64,000 bases of DNA from Octopus vulgaris. Its lineage: Eukaryota. Under the pieces are notes generated by a model that worked only from the letters and a program-made list of their open reading frames with translations, ran no database searches and was not told where the DNA came from. A program made the translations under genes and the position numbers. Of this stretch, positions 1-11,763 are shown piece after piece; the stretch's first letter is position 1; each line of letters opens with the position of its first letter. The stretch lies in the NCBI GenBank assembly GCA_951406725.2, contig OX597838.1, forward strand, positions 23,002,001 to 23,066,000, given 5' to 3'.

Positions 1-248
1 GCAGCAATTCTTGTCTGGTTCCCAAAGCATCAAGTGCTGAAAATGAACTTTCTTATCTTCCATTTTAAATGGTTACAAAATTAACACAGGTTATAGGAAC
101 ATAAACCTTCTTCCACGAAAAGATAGTTTAAACTGTGCTCTAAATGAAGGTGTAGTCAAATCCTATTTTATGGACTCAACTATGTTCTAAAATAAGTCGA
201 AAGGTAAGCTACTATAAATCGGCACGAACTTTCTGGACAGCCCAATAT
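1..248 (-). mobile_element. End of a mariner-like element (one TIR in window)
   Basis: Ends in aatcggcacgaactttctggacagcccaata, whose reverse complement tattgggctgtccagaaagttcgtgccgatt looks like a mariner TIR. The partner end is outside the window. Confidence 0.45.
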
Positions 249-657
249 TTACCTCGTATCTGTTACGAGCATACGTGGCAAAATAAGTTGAGAGGCCGTG
301 AAAAAAAAACTATATGTAGTAAGTTCTACACATCGTTTTCATGTTATGTCTTGTGGGCTGCCTTGATTAGCGTTGAGTAGGAAAAGGAAACTAATCACAA
401 TATACCTGTAAAGGTATGTTTTCGAACAGATATCGGTATTGGGACGATTTTCTGGAGATCAACACTGTTTGAAAGATACAGAAAGTATTTGTCTTATTGA
501 TATTTCCACTGAACATCCTGATCCTTTCTTGTCACTGGAATATCGAAGCTGATAGCTAGGGAATAGAATCAGTGTTGTACAAATATCTTCAGTCGCATAG
601 CTAGCTCTGCTTCAGGTAACGCTTTTAGGGAAGTGACATTTTGGGGCTTGTTGTATA

Positions 658-1150
658 CCGTAAATCCTCGAGTATAATCTGCATTTTTTCCCAAAATTTA
701 TAGGTCAAAATCCCTAGTGCATACTATATACAAGGTTAAAAATAGAAAATATTTTCTAAGCAATGTCCAAGTCTCTATTTGCTGTCTGGCTATGTTTATT
801 CAGACGTATTTTGTGATGTCGGGCGCGAAAATACCTTAAGCTAAGCCTGAAAGCAATTAAGTCATAAAAGAATCATCCATAACTTGCAGTAAGCAACATT
901 TATTAAACGTTATTTTTTATTTTCTGCAAACAAAATGCACGAAAAAGCTACACGTTTGCATTATGTTATAAATACAATAATAATAAAGAACGTTATCGTG
1001 TATAATTTTACAAACCAAGGACGTTATATAGACTTCCTTGACTCAAGTTAGAGAAGGGGTGCGTATTAGGTTTAGGTTTTTCAGAGGTACAGCCCCCCAA
1101 AATCTTCTGCGTATTATACTCAAGGGCGGACTATACTCGAGGATTTACGG
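658..1150. mobile_element. Tc1/mariner-superfamily (Tc2-like) MITE, copy 1
   Basis: TIRs CCGTAAATCCTCGAGTATA...TATACTCGAGGATTTACGG with TA on both sides. Highly similar copy at 12882-13393. Confidence 0.85.
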
Positions 1151-1187
1151 TAGGTTATATGCTGTATAGGCCAGGTGGGAAGGGGTG

Positions 1188-1745
1188 CTAGATAGAAAAC
1201 TCATATTTATATAGTATGTAAAACGATGCGTAGAACTTACATATAGTTCTGTTTTTTTGTTTTTTTACGATCTCTCAACGTATTTTGCCACATATATTCA
1301 TAACAGACACGAGGTAAATAAAACAACACTCGTTCTGCATTATCACCCGAATTTCTTGTTGGTGAGTCTGTATCAACAGTATTCGATCCCGTGTTTTTTG
1401 TCACATAGAAATCAAAATTCGATCGTGTGCACAAACCCAATTGTTATCCAATCAACGGCAGTTGATCATATGATAGATAGCTCACATCATTTGTGTGTAA
1501 TACCAGATAAGAAGCAGGAGGAAAAAATACAAGAGTATATGGTTGGATTTTATTGTTGAGAGGTGGACCTACGTACGATAGATGGTTAGAGGAAACAGGT
1601 ATCGATATGTTGAAAGGTTCAGGATTTAAAAAGTAGAAAATGAGGCCACTCGTAAGTGGGGCGAGTGGTTCCATTTCCATTTTTCTTTATATGTAAGTAC
1701 TACGCATCGTTTTACATATTATATAAATATGAGTTTTCTATCCAA
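1188..1745. mobile_element. MITE-like element with ~55-bp terminal inverted repeats
   Basis: atagaaaactcatatttatatagtatgtaaaacgatgcgtagaacttacatata at ~1193 is inverted at ~1688-1741. A partial inverted copy lies at ~245-340. Confidence 0.6.
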
Positions 1746-1932
1746 CAACAGGCGTCTTTCGACTGAGAACGAATCAAAATGAGCTGGCGTGTATGGAGTG
1801 AAAGCCAGGAACAAAGGCAGGAACATAGGAGACGGACATAAAGAGAGAATGAGTAAGCAAAACAGGTGGTCTCCCTATAGAACATTTAATTTATAATTCC
1901 AACTTAGTGCAGAGTAATAGTAAACAATAGGA

Positions 1933-2347
1933 GTAGGAGTGGCTATGGTAAGTAGCTTGCTTAGGAACCACATGGTTTAGGGTTCAGTCCCACTGCGTGG
2001 CACCTTGGGCAAGTGTCTTCTACTATAGCCTCAGGCCGACCAAAGTCTCGTGAGTGGATTTGGTAGACGAGAAACTGAAAGAAGCCTATCATATATATGT
2101 ATATATATATATATACATATATGTATGTGTGTGTGTGTGTATGTTTGTGTGTCTGTGTTTGTGCCCCCAACATCGCTTGACAACCGATGCTGGTGTGTTT
2201 ACGTTCCCGTAACTTAGCGGTTCGGCAAAAGATACCGATAGAATAAGTACTAGGCTGACAAAGAATAAGTCCTGGGTTGATTTGCTCGACTAAAGGCGGT
2301 GCTCCAGCATGGCCACAGTCAAATGCCTGAAACAAGTAAAAGAGTAA
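1933..2347 (+). mobile_element. tRNA-derived SINE family A (high-copy)
   Basis: Head with A/B-box-like tggctatggtaag...ggttcagtcc, central (TA)n(TG)n tract, 3' end aagtaaaagagtaa. Many further copies in the window. Confidence 0.8.
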
Positions 2348-2359
2348 TAATAACAATAA

Positions 2360-2790
2360 CACTTGGATGGAATTTTATAAGCATTTAATGCACTGCTACG
2401 CACGTTTCCACAAACCACATTTCTTAAAATCACAGCCCATATTCCTAAAAGGATTGCAGTGTAGTGTGTAGTATCAGCAGGCATCAGTTTGATCATCTTC
2501 ATGGATTCATTACTTCGGGCGATATAACATTAATGGATGACCAGTGTGAAGGTTGATATCTCAATCAGCCTTCACACTGGTCAAAAGAGATAAACAGCCC
2601 TCTGTTAAACATACATTAATGTTCTATCACCTGAAGTAATGAATCTATGAAGATGATCAACCCGATGCACATGGACACTATGGACTCCACTGTGATCATC
2701 CCAGGAATACGGACTATGAACTTAAGAGACAAGTAATTCGTGGAAATGCGCGTAGCGATGCATTAAATGTTTATAAATTCCATCCACGGA
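2360..2790. repeat. Foldback (palindromic) element
   Basis: Centre gaccagtgtgaagg...ccttcacactggtc at ~2539-2582. The arm at 2610-2790 is a diverged reverse complement of 2360-2535. Confidence 0.7.
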
Positions 2791-2842
2791 TTACTGTTAT
2801 CATTATTATTATTATTATTATTACTATTATTATTATTATTAT

Positions 2843-3396
2843 TGAGTGAGCGAGCAGAGCATGCCATCAAAGTGACACTGGGGTAAAATATACGAAGCCC
2901 AGTATACCCATCATGACTACCCGTCTGATAAGGGTACACCAGGCACATGCATCACAACCATATGTGCGCGACATGGTGATCTCATATCAAGATAAACAGC
3001 ACATGACCTTGCAGGTGGAGCCCAGTTAGAATTTTCTTCAGATCGAGTAACCCATCCTGCTCAAAAGGTCCCTGAATAAGGGTTGTTTAAGGACGTTGAA
3101 CGAAACACCCATGTTTCCAGAGGTGAATTATTCAAACCCCAAAGAATCCTTCTCAACACATGGCTATGATGCTCCCCCACTACTTCTGCTCGTGATCAGA
3201 GATGCACATATCGTCAGCCACTAAGGGACATGCTCAACTGGTTACGGTCAAACAACTGACAAGCAAATCTGTGGTATTGAGCAGAATATTTGCTGTAGCC
3301 CATCTTTTATACCAAGACAAAACAATGTACATGATAACACTTCCAATCAGTTAAGATCAGAAGCCATGAGAGCCACTGCCTGGTACTGCATCAGGG

Positions 3397-3399
<3 letters not shown>
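2843..3399 (-). mobile_element. Retroelement-like repeat with (AAT)n tail embedded in a (TTA)n microsatellite
   Basis: Flanked on both sides by (TTA)n. Its 3' ~160 bp recur in the opposite orientation at ~47995-48175, followed by (AAT)n. Confidence 0.6.
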
Positions 3400-3441
<42 letters not shown>

Positions 3442-3480
3442 TACTACTACTACTATTATTATTATTATTATTATTATTGC

Positions 3481-3547
<67 letters not shown>
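3399..3547. repeat. (TTA)n microsatellite
   Basis: About 49 nearly perfect trinucleotide units; source of the poly-Leu ORF. Confidence 0.95.
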
Positions 3548-4058
3548 TAACCTACATTTTATCAGTATAGCTCGATGCAGCCCGCCAAAACTGGTTCACC
3601 AGTCAGAATCATAAGACTGTGGCCAGCATAATGGAATAAGAGTTTTATTTGCATATTCAAGCATTTCCCGTAAAATAATTCAAAAGACGCGCGCACACAT
3701 GAGTGCGTGCGCGCGTGTGTAGTGTACGAAAGAGGATTTGTAAAATCCAGACAGTTTTCTCTGTAATCATGTGAATACTGGCTAACAGGATGTATGAAAG
3801 GGAATATATTTTCATCAGTCGTTGAGTACAATATAACAAGTAAAAAAATTATGGTGTTGGGGGGAATACTGATATCACGTTTGATTTTATGCTGCAATCG
3901 TTACGACGACAGATTTGTCATTTAAATCGTTTAACATGATAGTGGAAAACATGTAGCCATAATTGAAAACAAAAACTGAATAATTTGAAGCTACAGTACG
4001 TGCAAACCAAGATTGTATGACCAAATCAATAGAGAAGCACTTGGGTGAATACAGTTAC

Positions 4059-4477
4059 GGTATCTTTTCGGTTTGAACGGCAGTTTTTAACATAATTTCT
4101 AGGTAACTAAACACTTTTAAACTTCGTATACTGGTAGAATGTGTTTATAAAACATCTTTTTCTCTTGGCTTTATTGAGAAAATTCTATAGTTTGTAAGAT
4201 ATTTGTTGGTTTTTTTCTTCTTCAATTTCTGCAATTTCAACCAATCACTGATGTCCATTGAGGTAAAAAAACATTCTGTGCCGTATGAATATGTCCCTCG
4301 TTTAAGAAATAGATTGGGTTTATATACATTTGTGAAGAAAAAAAAAGAATACCCTTCCCCCCACCCCTAACCCTAAAACAGATTGAAATGCAATAGATCG
4401 ATACTAGGGTCATAATTATGGGTGACAATTTCATATGACACCGCTAGAAAAAACTGCCGTTCAAACCGAAATTTTCC
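4059..4477. mobile_element. Unclassified MITE (GG...CC termini, ~28-bp imperfect TIRs)
   Basis: ggtatcttttcggtttgaacggcagttttt ... aaaaactgccgttcaaaccgaaattttcc, with an internal ccctaaccctaa motif. Confidence 0.75.
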
Positions 4478-5317
4478 AAATCGTTTAACATGATAGTAGA
4501 AAACATGTAGCCATAAATAAAAACAAAAACTGAATAATTTGAAGCTACATTACGTGCAAACCACTTATATCGTTTTGTCAAATATAATAATATCGTTTTT
4601 GTTAAATATATCGTTTTTGTTAAATATAATAATAATGACAAAATCAATAGAGAAGCACTTGGATGAATATAGTTACGTATAAGCAATAGGTGGAAGAAGC
4701 TTTATAGTGTTGTAGTGAGGAAACAATCACTTTGATGGAGGAATAAAGTGACACAAAGGACAAAATGTGGTTCAGCGAAGGCTGATTGAGATATCAACCT
4801 TCACACTGGTCATCCATTAATGTTATATCGCCTGAAGAAATGAATCCATGAAGATGATCAAACTGATGCCTGCTGATACTACACTGTAATCCTTTTAGGA
4901 ATATGGGCTGTGATTTTAAGAAATGTGGTTTGTGGAAACGTGCGTAGCAGTGCATTAAATGTTTATAAATTCCAACCAAGTGTTATTGTTATTATTACTC
5001 TTTTACTTGTTTCGGTCATTTGACTGCGGCCATGCTTTTAGTCAAGCAAATCAACCTCAGGACTTATTCTTTGTCAGCCTAGTACTTATTCTATCGGTCT
5101 CTTTGAGGACATAAAAGAGTGAGAGTAGATTTCCTATGAGTAGTTGATCTAAAAAAATAGTGAAAGTAAATTTCGATAGAAACTGGAAGTGACAACAGTG
5201 ACATCCCATAATTTCATGTGAAGAATATCTGTTATAAAGCCAATGTTTAAAAAGGTATATATATATATATATATATTCGATATCGGTGCAGGTGTGACTG
5301 TGTGGTAAGAAGCTTGT

Positions 5318-5735
5318 GGTAAGGCGGCAAGCTGGCAGAAATGTTAGCACGCCGGGCAGAATGCTTAGCGGTATTTCGTCTGCCGTTACGTTCTGAGTTC
5401 AAATTCCGCCGAGGTCGGCTTTGCCTTTCATCCTTTCGGGGTCGATCAATTAAGTACCAGTTACACACTGGGGTCGATGTAATCGACTTAATCCGTTTGT
5501 CTGTCCTTGTTTGTCCTCTCTGTGTTTAGCCCCTTGTGGGTCGTAAAGAAACAGGTATTTCGTCTGCCGTTACGTTCTGAGTTCAAATTCCGCCGAGGTC
5601 GACTTTGCCTTTCATCCTTTCGGGGTCGATAAATTAAGTGCCAGTTATGCACTGGTGTCGATGTAATCGACTTAATCCCTTTGTCTGTCTTTGTTTGTCC
5701 CCTCTATGTTTTGCCCCTCATGGGCAATAAAGAAA
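5318..5735 (+). mobile_element. SINE family B dimer nested in a family A SINE
   Basis: Two tandem monomers with gagttcaaatt B-box and gcctttcatcctttcggggtcgat core (resembles the Meta domain of MetaSINEs). 12-bp TSD TAAGAAGCTTGT at 5306-5317 and 5736-5747. Confidence 0.8.
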
Positions 5736-5889
5736 TAAGAAGCTTGTTTCTCAACCACATGGTCCCAAGTTCAGTCCCACTGCGTGACCCCTTGGGCGAG
5801 TGTCTTCTACTATAGACTCCAGGCCAACTGAAGCCTTGTGAGTGGATTTGGTAGACGGAAACTGAAAGAATCCCATTGTGTGTGTGTGT

Positions 5890-6335
5890 GCGTAAAGATA
5901 TATTATATTGTTTCCACAGATGCCTATCAAACCTACCAAAAGCACTACTAGCCCTGTTCATTCTATATGAAATTTCATCATCAAGACTAGCAGTACTCTA
6001 GGTACTTCTTAAATAAATAAATCTAGGTACAGTCTCCAACCTTTGACTATTCACAGTTATAAAAGGTTCCTCATACATCTTGGAGGGGGTGGGCTGGTAT
6101 AGTATAAAAGTGTTTTTTAGATTGATTGCTATACCCAATGCTGCATATGCTGCAGAAATCGCATTCACCATGTGCTGCATATCTTTCTGAGAATGTGCCA
6201 ACAGGTCACAATCATCTGCATACAGAAACTCAACAAGGTGAGAATGCAGAACTTCCGTTTTGGCACAGAGTCTTTTGAGATTGAACAGTTTTCCTATTGT
6301 CCAATATCTTATATAGACCCCTTCAGGGCAATGTT
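5890..6335 (-). mobile_element. RTE-clade LINE reverse transcriptase fragment
   Basis: GKLFNLKRL...EFLYADDCDLLAHS...INLK...FIYL, then RASSAFGR..LWKQYNISLRT; YADD catalytic motif; disrupted. Confidence 0.88.
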
Positions 6336-6337
6336 TA

Positions 6338-6952
6338 AAATGACATGGATGCACCCTGGTTCTAAGAAATGGTATCTAATAAATTACACCCTCACCAGGA
6401 AATGAGATACTTAGGACTTTGTTATTGTACGAATGATGCTTGGTGCAGAGTGTTGGACTGATCATAGGTTTTTGTGTGCCAAGGTGGATGTTGTTGTCAA
6501 GCCTAAGATTTAGAGCAAATAATGACAAATTACCTAAACGGATTGATGTCAATAAACTTAAGACTCCGTCAGTACGCAGTGAATTTGTGAGTGAGATAAA
6601 TAATTTGTCCTGTGATGGAAGCTGGAAGTCATTCAAAGAAAGAGTGTATGAGATTTGTAGTAAAATTCTTGACTTTGTTGTAAAAAACCACCAAGATTGG
6701 TTTGACGATAATGATGAAGAAGTTAATCTTATCTTAGAGGAGAAGCAAAAGGCATTTAACATGTTGCAAAATATTGATTTGTCAATGAACAAGATAGTGG
6801 CTTCATATTTCAAGGCAGTAAAAGTAACAGTGCAGAGAAAGCTATGGCTGATGCAGGAAATTTGGTGGAGTGATAGATGTGATGAAATCCAAGAGGCTTC
6901 AAATGCTAACAATTCCAAACTTTTTCACCCTCTCTTGAAAAAATTTTATGGA
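6338..6952 (+). mobile_element. RTE-clade LINE endonuclease C-terminus and linker fragment (inverted relative to the RT fragment)
   Basis: TWMHPGSKKWYLINY...GAECWTDHR (APE endonuclease end), then KNHQDWFDDND...WW...EIQ linker typical of RTE ORFs. Confidence 0.85.
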
Positions 6953-6954
6953 CA

Positions 6955-7460
6955 TACATACATACATACATACAAACCCTGTTTTTGATGTTGAAATTCC
7001 AATGAAGGAACCTTGGACCTAGGTTAGTAACCAGCTCTTATTCTATTGGCAAGAAATCTTGGAATAAGTACATACATACATGCATACATACATACATACA
7101 TATGCATGAGAAGACATACATAAAACAAAACAAATGAATTTGCACATATACATATATACATACATACATACTTACATACATCATACATACACACATACAT
7201 ACTTACATCATACACACATACATACATACATACATATATACAAACACTGTTTTTGATGTTGAAATTCCAATGAAGGAGCCTTGGACTTAGGTTAGTAACT
7301 AGCTCTTACTCTCTTTGTAAGAAATCTTGGAATAAAACTGAATAAGTACATGCATACATACATACACACATACATACACACATACATACATACACACATA
7401 CATACATAAAACAAAACATACAAATTTCCACGTATACATACATACATACACACACGATGG
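6955..7460. repeat. Local tandem duplication (~270-bp unit) with (CATA)n tracts
   Basis: tgtttttgatgttgaaattccaatgaagga.ccttggac.taggttagtaac occurs at ~6980 and ~7249. Confidence 0.75.
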
Positions 7461-8311
7461 CATTAAGCCGTTTGATCCACTAGAAATACCAACCAAATTT
7501 CCTTGTAATTACATTCTACCGCCTTACGAAAAATATGCATATAATAACTCCTTAAGTGTAAGGTGCAGTATATCTGAATAAATTATGGGATGGTCACCGT
7601 GGCTAGAAAACCTTCGATTCTATTTCTGCTTAATCAGGTTGACCTTGAGTTAAGCGAACACAATTACAAAACCAATTTCACATGGCTATGAAATCTTAAT
7701 ATTTTCATTTCCGTTGAATTGTTGCTTTTTGTTTTTGCATTTTTCTCACACATACATGTTTTTTTTTTTGTGTGTGTGTGTTTTTTTTCTTTTCAATCGT
7801 TTGTACGAAAATAGACATCTGATATATTTTGGGATGGAGTTGATTGACAGGATCTGATAGTAGAGTATTGCTAGAGAATATATGTTACATTTCTGTATAT
7901 TTATATTTTAGAGCTTAAATCCTGGTTCCCAGGTTCAGTCCCAAATCATGGCACTTTGGTTGAGTGTGTCTGCTATATAGCCCCAGTCCGATCAAAGCCT
8001 TGTGAGTGGATTTGGTGGAGAAAAACTGGAAGAAACATGTTGCTTGTGTTGTGTGTATATATACATATATATGTATGTATGTGTGTGTGTATGTGTGTGT
8101 GTTTGTGTGTGTGTGTTTGTCCCCCTAGCATTGCTTGACAACCGATGCTGGTGTGTTTACGTCCCCGTCACTTAGCGGTTCGGCAAAAGAGACCGATAGA
8201 ATAAGTACTGGGCTTACAAAGAATAAGTCCCGGGGTTGATTTGCTCGACTAAAGGCAGTGCTTCAGCATGGCTGCAGTCAAATTACTGAAACAAGTAAAA
8301 GAGTAAAGAGT

Positions 8312-8366
<55 letters not shown>

Positions 8367-8385
8367 TTGCATAAATATGTGTGTA

Positions 8386-9665
8386 CGAGGGGCATTCAAT
8401 AAGTAATACCCCCGACCCATTTCCCATAGCAGTAGAGCAACGAAACTTGGCACAGTTATTAGTCTTTTTCTACATAGGGACCACCCAGAGTTACGCATTT
8501 CTCCCATCGTTTGATGCAGCTCTGGAGACCGTTTTTGTAGAAGACCCCAGCTTGGTCCTCCAACCACGACGTGACAGCAGAAATCAAGGCTGCATCATCT
8601 GGGAAACGTTTTCCTTTCAAAAACAACTTCATGGCTGGGAAGAGGTGAAAATCAGAGGGTGCAAGGTCAGGAGAGTATGGGGAGGAGTTCATAGCCGCAC
8701 GCCTGTGCTTCTGATCTGGCAACACGCGAGTTGTGGACTGGAGCGTTGTCCTGCAGGAAGAGGATGCCTTTGCTGATCTTGCCCCGCCTCTTGATTTTGA
8801 TAGCTTCTCTTAATTTCCTCAAAAGTGAAGCATAATAGGCTCCTTTAATTGTGGTACCCTTTTCCAGGAAATCTGTCATCACTACTCTGTCCTGGTCCCA
8901 GAAGACTGTGAGCATGACCTTGCCAGCAAAGGGCTGCACCCTTGCCTTCTTTGGAGGAGGTGAGTCACGGTGCTTCCACTGCATTGACTGGGCTTTGGTC
9001 TCTGGATCATAGTGATGGATCCAGGTTTCATCCTGTGTAATCAGTCTTTTGAAAAATTTTGACTCATCTCCAAATTCATCCTCGAGCACTTGACACGTTC
9101 TTGCTTCTGGAAAGGTATGAGCAACCTGGGAATCCATCTGGCAGACACCTTTCGCATATGCAAATGGTCATGAATGATAGTTTCGACAGACTCGGTACTA
9201 ATCTTGACCTCATGGGCTATTTGGCAAATAGTTATGCGTCAATCTTCCAAAATGGCAGCCTCAACTTGACGGACAGATGCCTCATCAATGGCAGAAGGTG
9301 GGGGGGCGACCAGATCTGGGAGCTGTTTCCACAGAGTTCCGACCATGTTTGAATTCACGATGCCAGCGTTTTACAAGGTCATATGATGAGGCATCATCAC
9401 CATAAGTTACTTTCATTTCATCAAAAGTCTCCCGTGGTGTGCGTCCTTTCAAATACAAAAACCGGATCACTGCTCGACACTCAACAGGCTCCATTTCACA
9501 CTTGACTCAGTTCAAACACCTGTATGTAAATCAGAAACCACAATTAGTTCAGAGATGTAATTTGCCACTTAATCTATAGAGATATAAATAATTGCACATG
9601 AAAAATTTCAGCTAGATCAAACTACTGCAAGTGGGTCAGGGGCATTACTTATTGAATGTTCCTCG
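8386..9665 (-). mobile_element. Full-length mariner transposon (DD34D, irritans-like), transposase frameshifted
   Basis: 1280 bp, TA flanks, TIRs CGAGGGGCATTCAATAAGTAATACCCCCGACCCA / CGAGGAACATTCAATAAGTAATGCCCCTGACCCA. Transposase pieces 9494-8459 carry WIPR, TQDETWIHHYDPE, QDNAPVH and YSPDLAPSDFHLF. Confidence 0.95.
8459..9494 (-). pseudogene. Mariner transposase pseudogene
   Basis: Split across ORFs 9285-9494, 8667-9137 and 8459-8725 by frameshifts; HTH start MEPVECRAVIRFLYLKG; all three catalytic Asp residues present. Confidence 0.9.
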
Positions 9666-9667
9666 TA

Positions 9668-10755
9668 TATAGTTTAAGACCCGGTCACGAAAACAGAAAA
9701 AAAAGCCTACTAGGTGTAAAAAGATGTGTAGAAAACGAATATGGAAATAAAAATTTGCACAAACGAACGGGGTGGGGTGGAGAGAGGACTTTCGGAAAAT
9801 TCACAAGATTTGATTTTTCCTTCATAACTTTCAGGAAAATGGATATATATTACTGAAATTTTCGTTCAAATGGCACAGATTACGATTATAAAGAAATTTT
9901 TTTTGGGGAAAATGTTTTCTGATGGGGTAGGGAGAGCATTTCAGAAGATTCACGCAATTCGATTTTTCTCCCCATAACTTTCAGGATCTAGTTTAGCACC
10001 CGGTCATCAAAACGGAAAACAACCAAGCTACTAAGTGTAAAAAATAACGCGTATAAAAACGAATATGAAAGCAAAAATTTGCGCAATTGAACAGGGGATG
10101 GCTGGGGAGAGGACTTTGGGAAAATTCACACGATCCGATTTTCCCCTCATAACTTTCAGGAAAATGGATATCTTTTGATGAAATTTAACAGAAACACCTT
10201 TCAAACAGCATAGATTACGATTATAAAGAAATCTGTGGTGAAAATATTATCCTGAAAGTTATGAGGGAAAAAATCGGATTGTATGAATTTTCCGAAAATC
10301 CCCTCCCTACATCACCCCCGTTCATTTGGCAAATTTTTGTTTTTATATTCGTTTTCTATACGTCTTTTGATACCTATCTGACTAGTTTTTTTTTATCGTT
10401 TTGGTGACCAGGTGCTAAACTTGATCCTGAATGTTATGAGGGGAAAAAAACAGCTCGTGTGTATTTTCTGACAGTCCTCTCCCTACCCGCTCGGAAAACA
10501 TTTTCCCCAATAATTTCTTTATAATCGTAATCTGTGCCATTTGAACGGTATTTCTATAAAATTTCATTAATACATATCCATTTTCCTGAAAGTTATGAGG
10601 GAAAAATCGGATCTCGTGAATTTTCGGAAAATCCTCTCCCGACCTACCCTCGTTCATTTGCACAAATCTTTGTTTCCATATTCGTTTTCTATACATTTTT
10701 TAACACCTAGTAGGCTGGGGTTTTTTTTCTTTTTCGTAACTGGGTCTTTAATTAT
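9668..10755. mobile_element. ~1.1-kb foldback element with tandem sub-repeats in each arm
   Basis: Units at ~9670 and ~9988 (agttta..acccggtca...cataactttcaggaaaatggatat) are mirrored by reverse complements at ~10245-10420 and ~10415-10752. Confidence 0.8.
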
Positions 10756-11763
10756 ATATTAATCCATGTTTGTAAGGTTAACTTTAAAAAAATGTAAGCT
10801 ACGAGGAAGTTCAACTTCTGTTACGGAAGATAAATAGTTAAAATATTCACGTTAGAGAAATAAAGTAAAATGGCGGTTTGTTTCTTCGCCAGACGACACA
10901 CATATCGCCTGCTCAGTCAATTTGTTATACGATATGTGTGTCGTCTGTTCAGTCAATTTGGTCACATAATTTGGTATGTTATCAGTTCTTTTTATCTCTC
11001 TACACAATATCTTTTTATATGTATCTCTTGCTGTACAGGGCCATCTTAGCTCTAAAGCAAATTAACGCTCTGTGGTTTATTGTCGTTTGATACGTGAGTC
11101 AGTCAAAGACCAATTATTTAATATCTAAGCTGTAAATCTTGGACATTTACAAAATTTAATTCTTCACAGTAAACTTTGAATGTCCAGGCAAGTATCAGAT
11201 ATAAAGTGATTTTATATAGAAGACATTTATTTTTTTTAAAGAGGATCCAAAAAGTGTGACGTATGTAACATCGCTCAAAATACCTTTAATTCACCAGAGA
11301 ATATTAACTGCTAATACCTCTGAATTTCTCCACAGTAGCTTAAAATGCATCAATGTGTTTGTTTACATTGACCTTGAAATTTCCAAGAAATATATATGAG
11401 TCTGCTAGATAACAATGTCTGTGGTCACAATTCTCACCAACCTAGTGTAACATGAATGATTGAAATGGATGAAACATTTCCTTTTGCCTAATATTTTTAA
11501 TATCTTCCAAATCGTGTAGATCTCGCAGAAATTGTTCCAATATCAATATTTGGTAAAAAAGAAAAAAAAATGAATCATTTCTGCATGTCTTTACAGGTTT
11601 AGCTTGAAGGGCTGTCCCTGGCCTTTGTATTACAAATTCTTGCTTCTCATTGAGTTGCATGAAAAACAGTGGAAATAGTACAACAAAACGAGCTTTTAAT
11701 TAATAGCGACACTTTATTCTTCTGCTAAATAAAATTATACAGGGAACTAGATTAATACATCAT

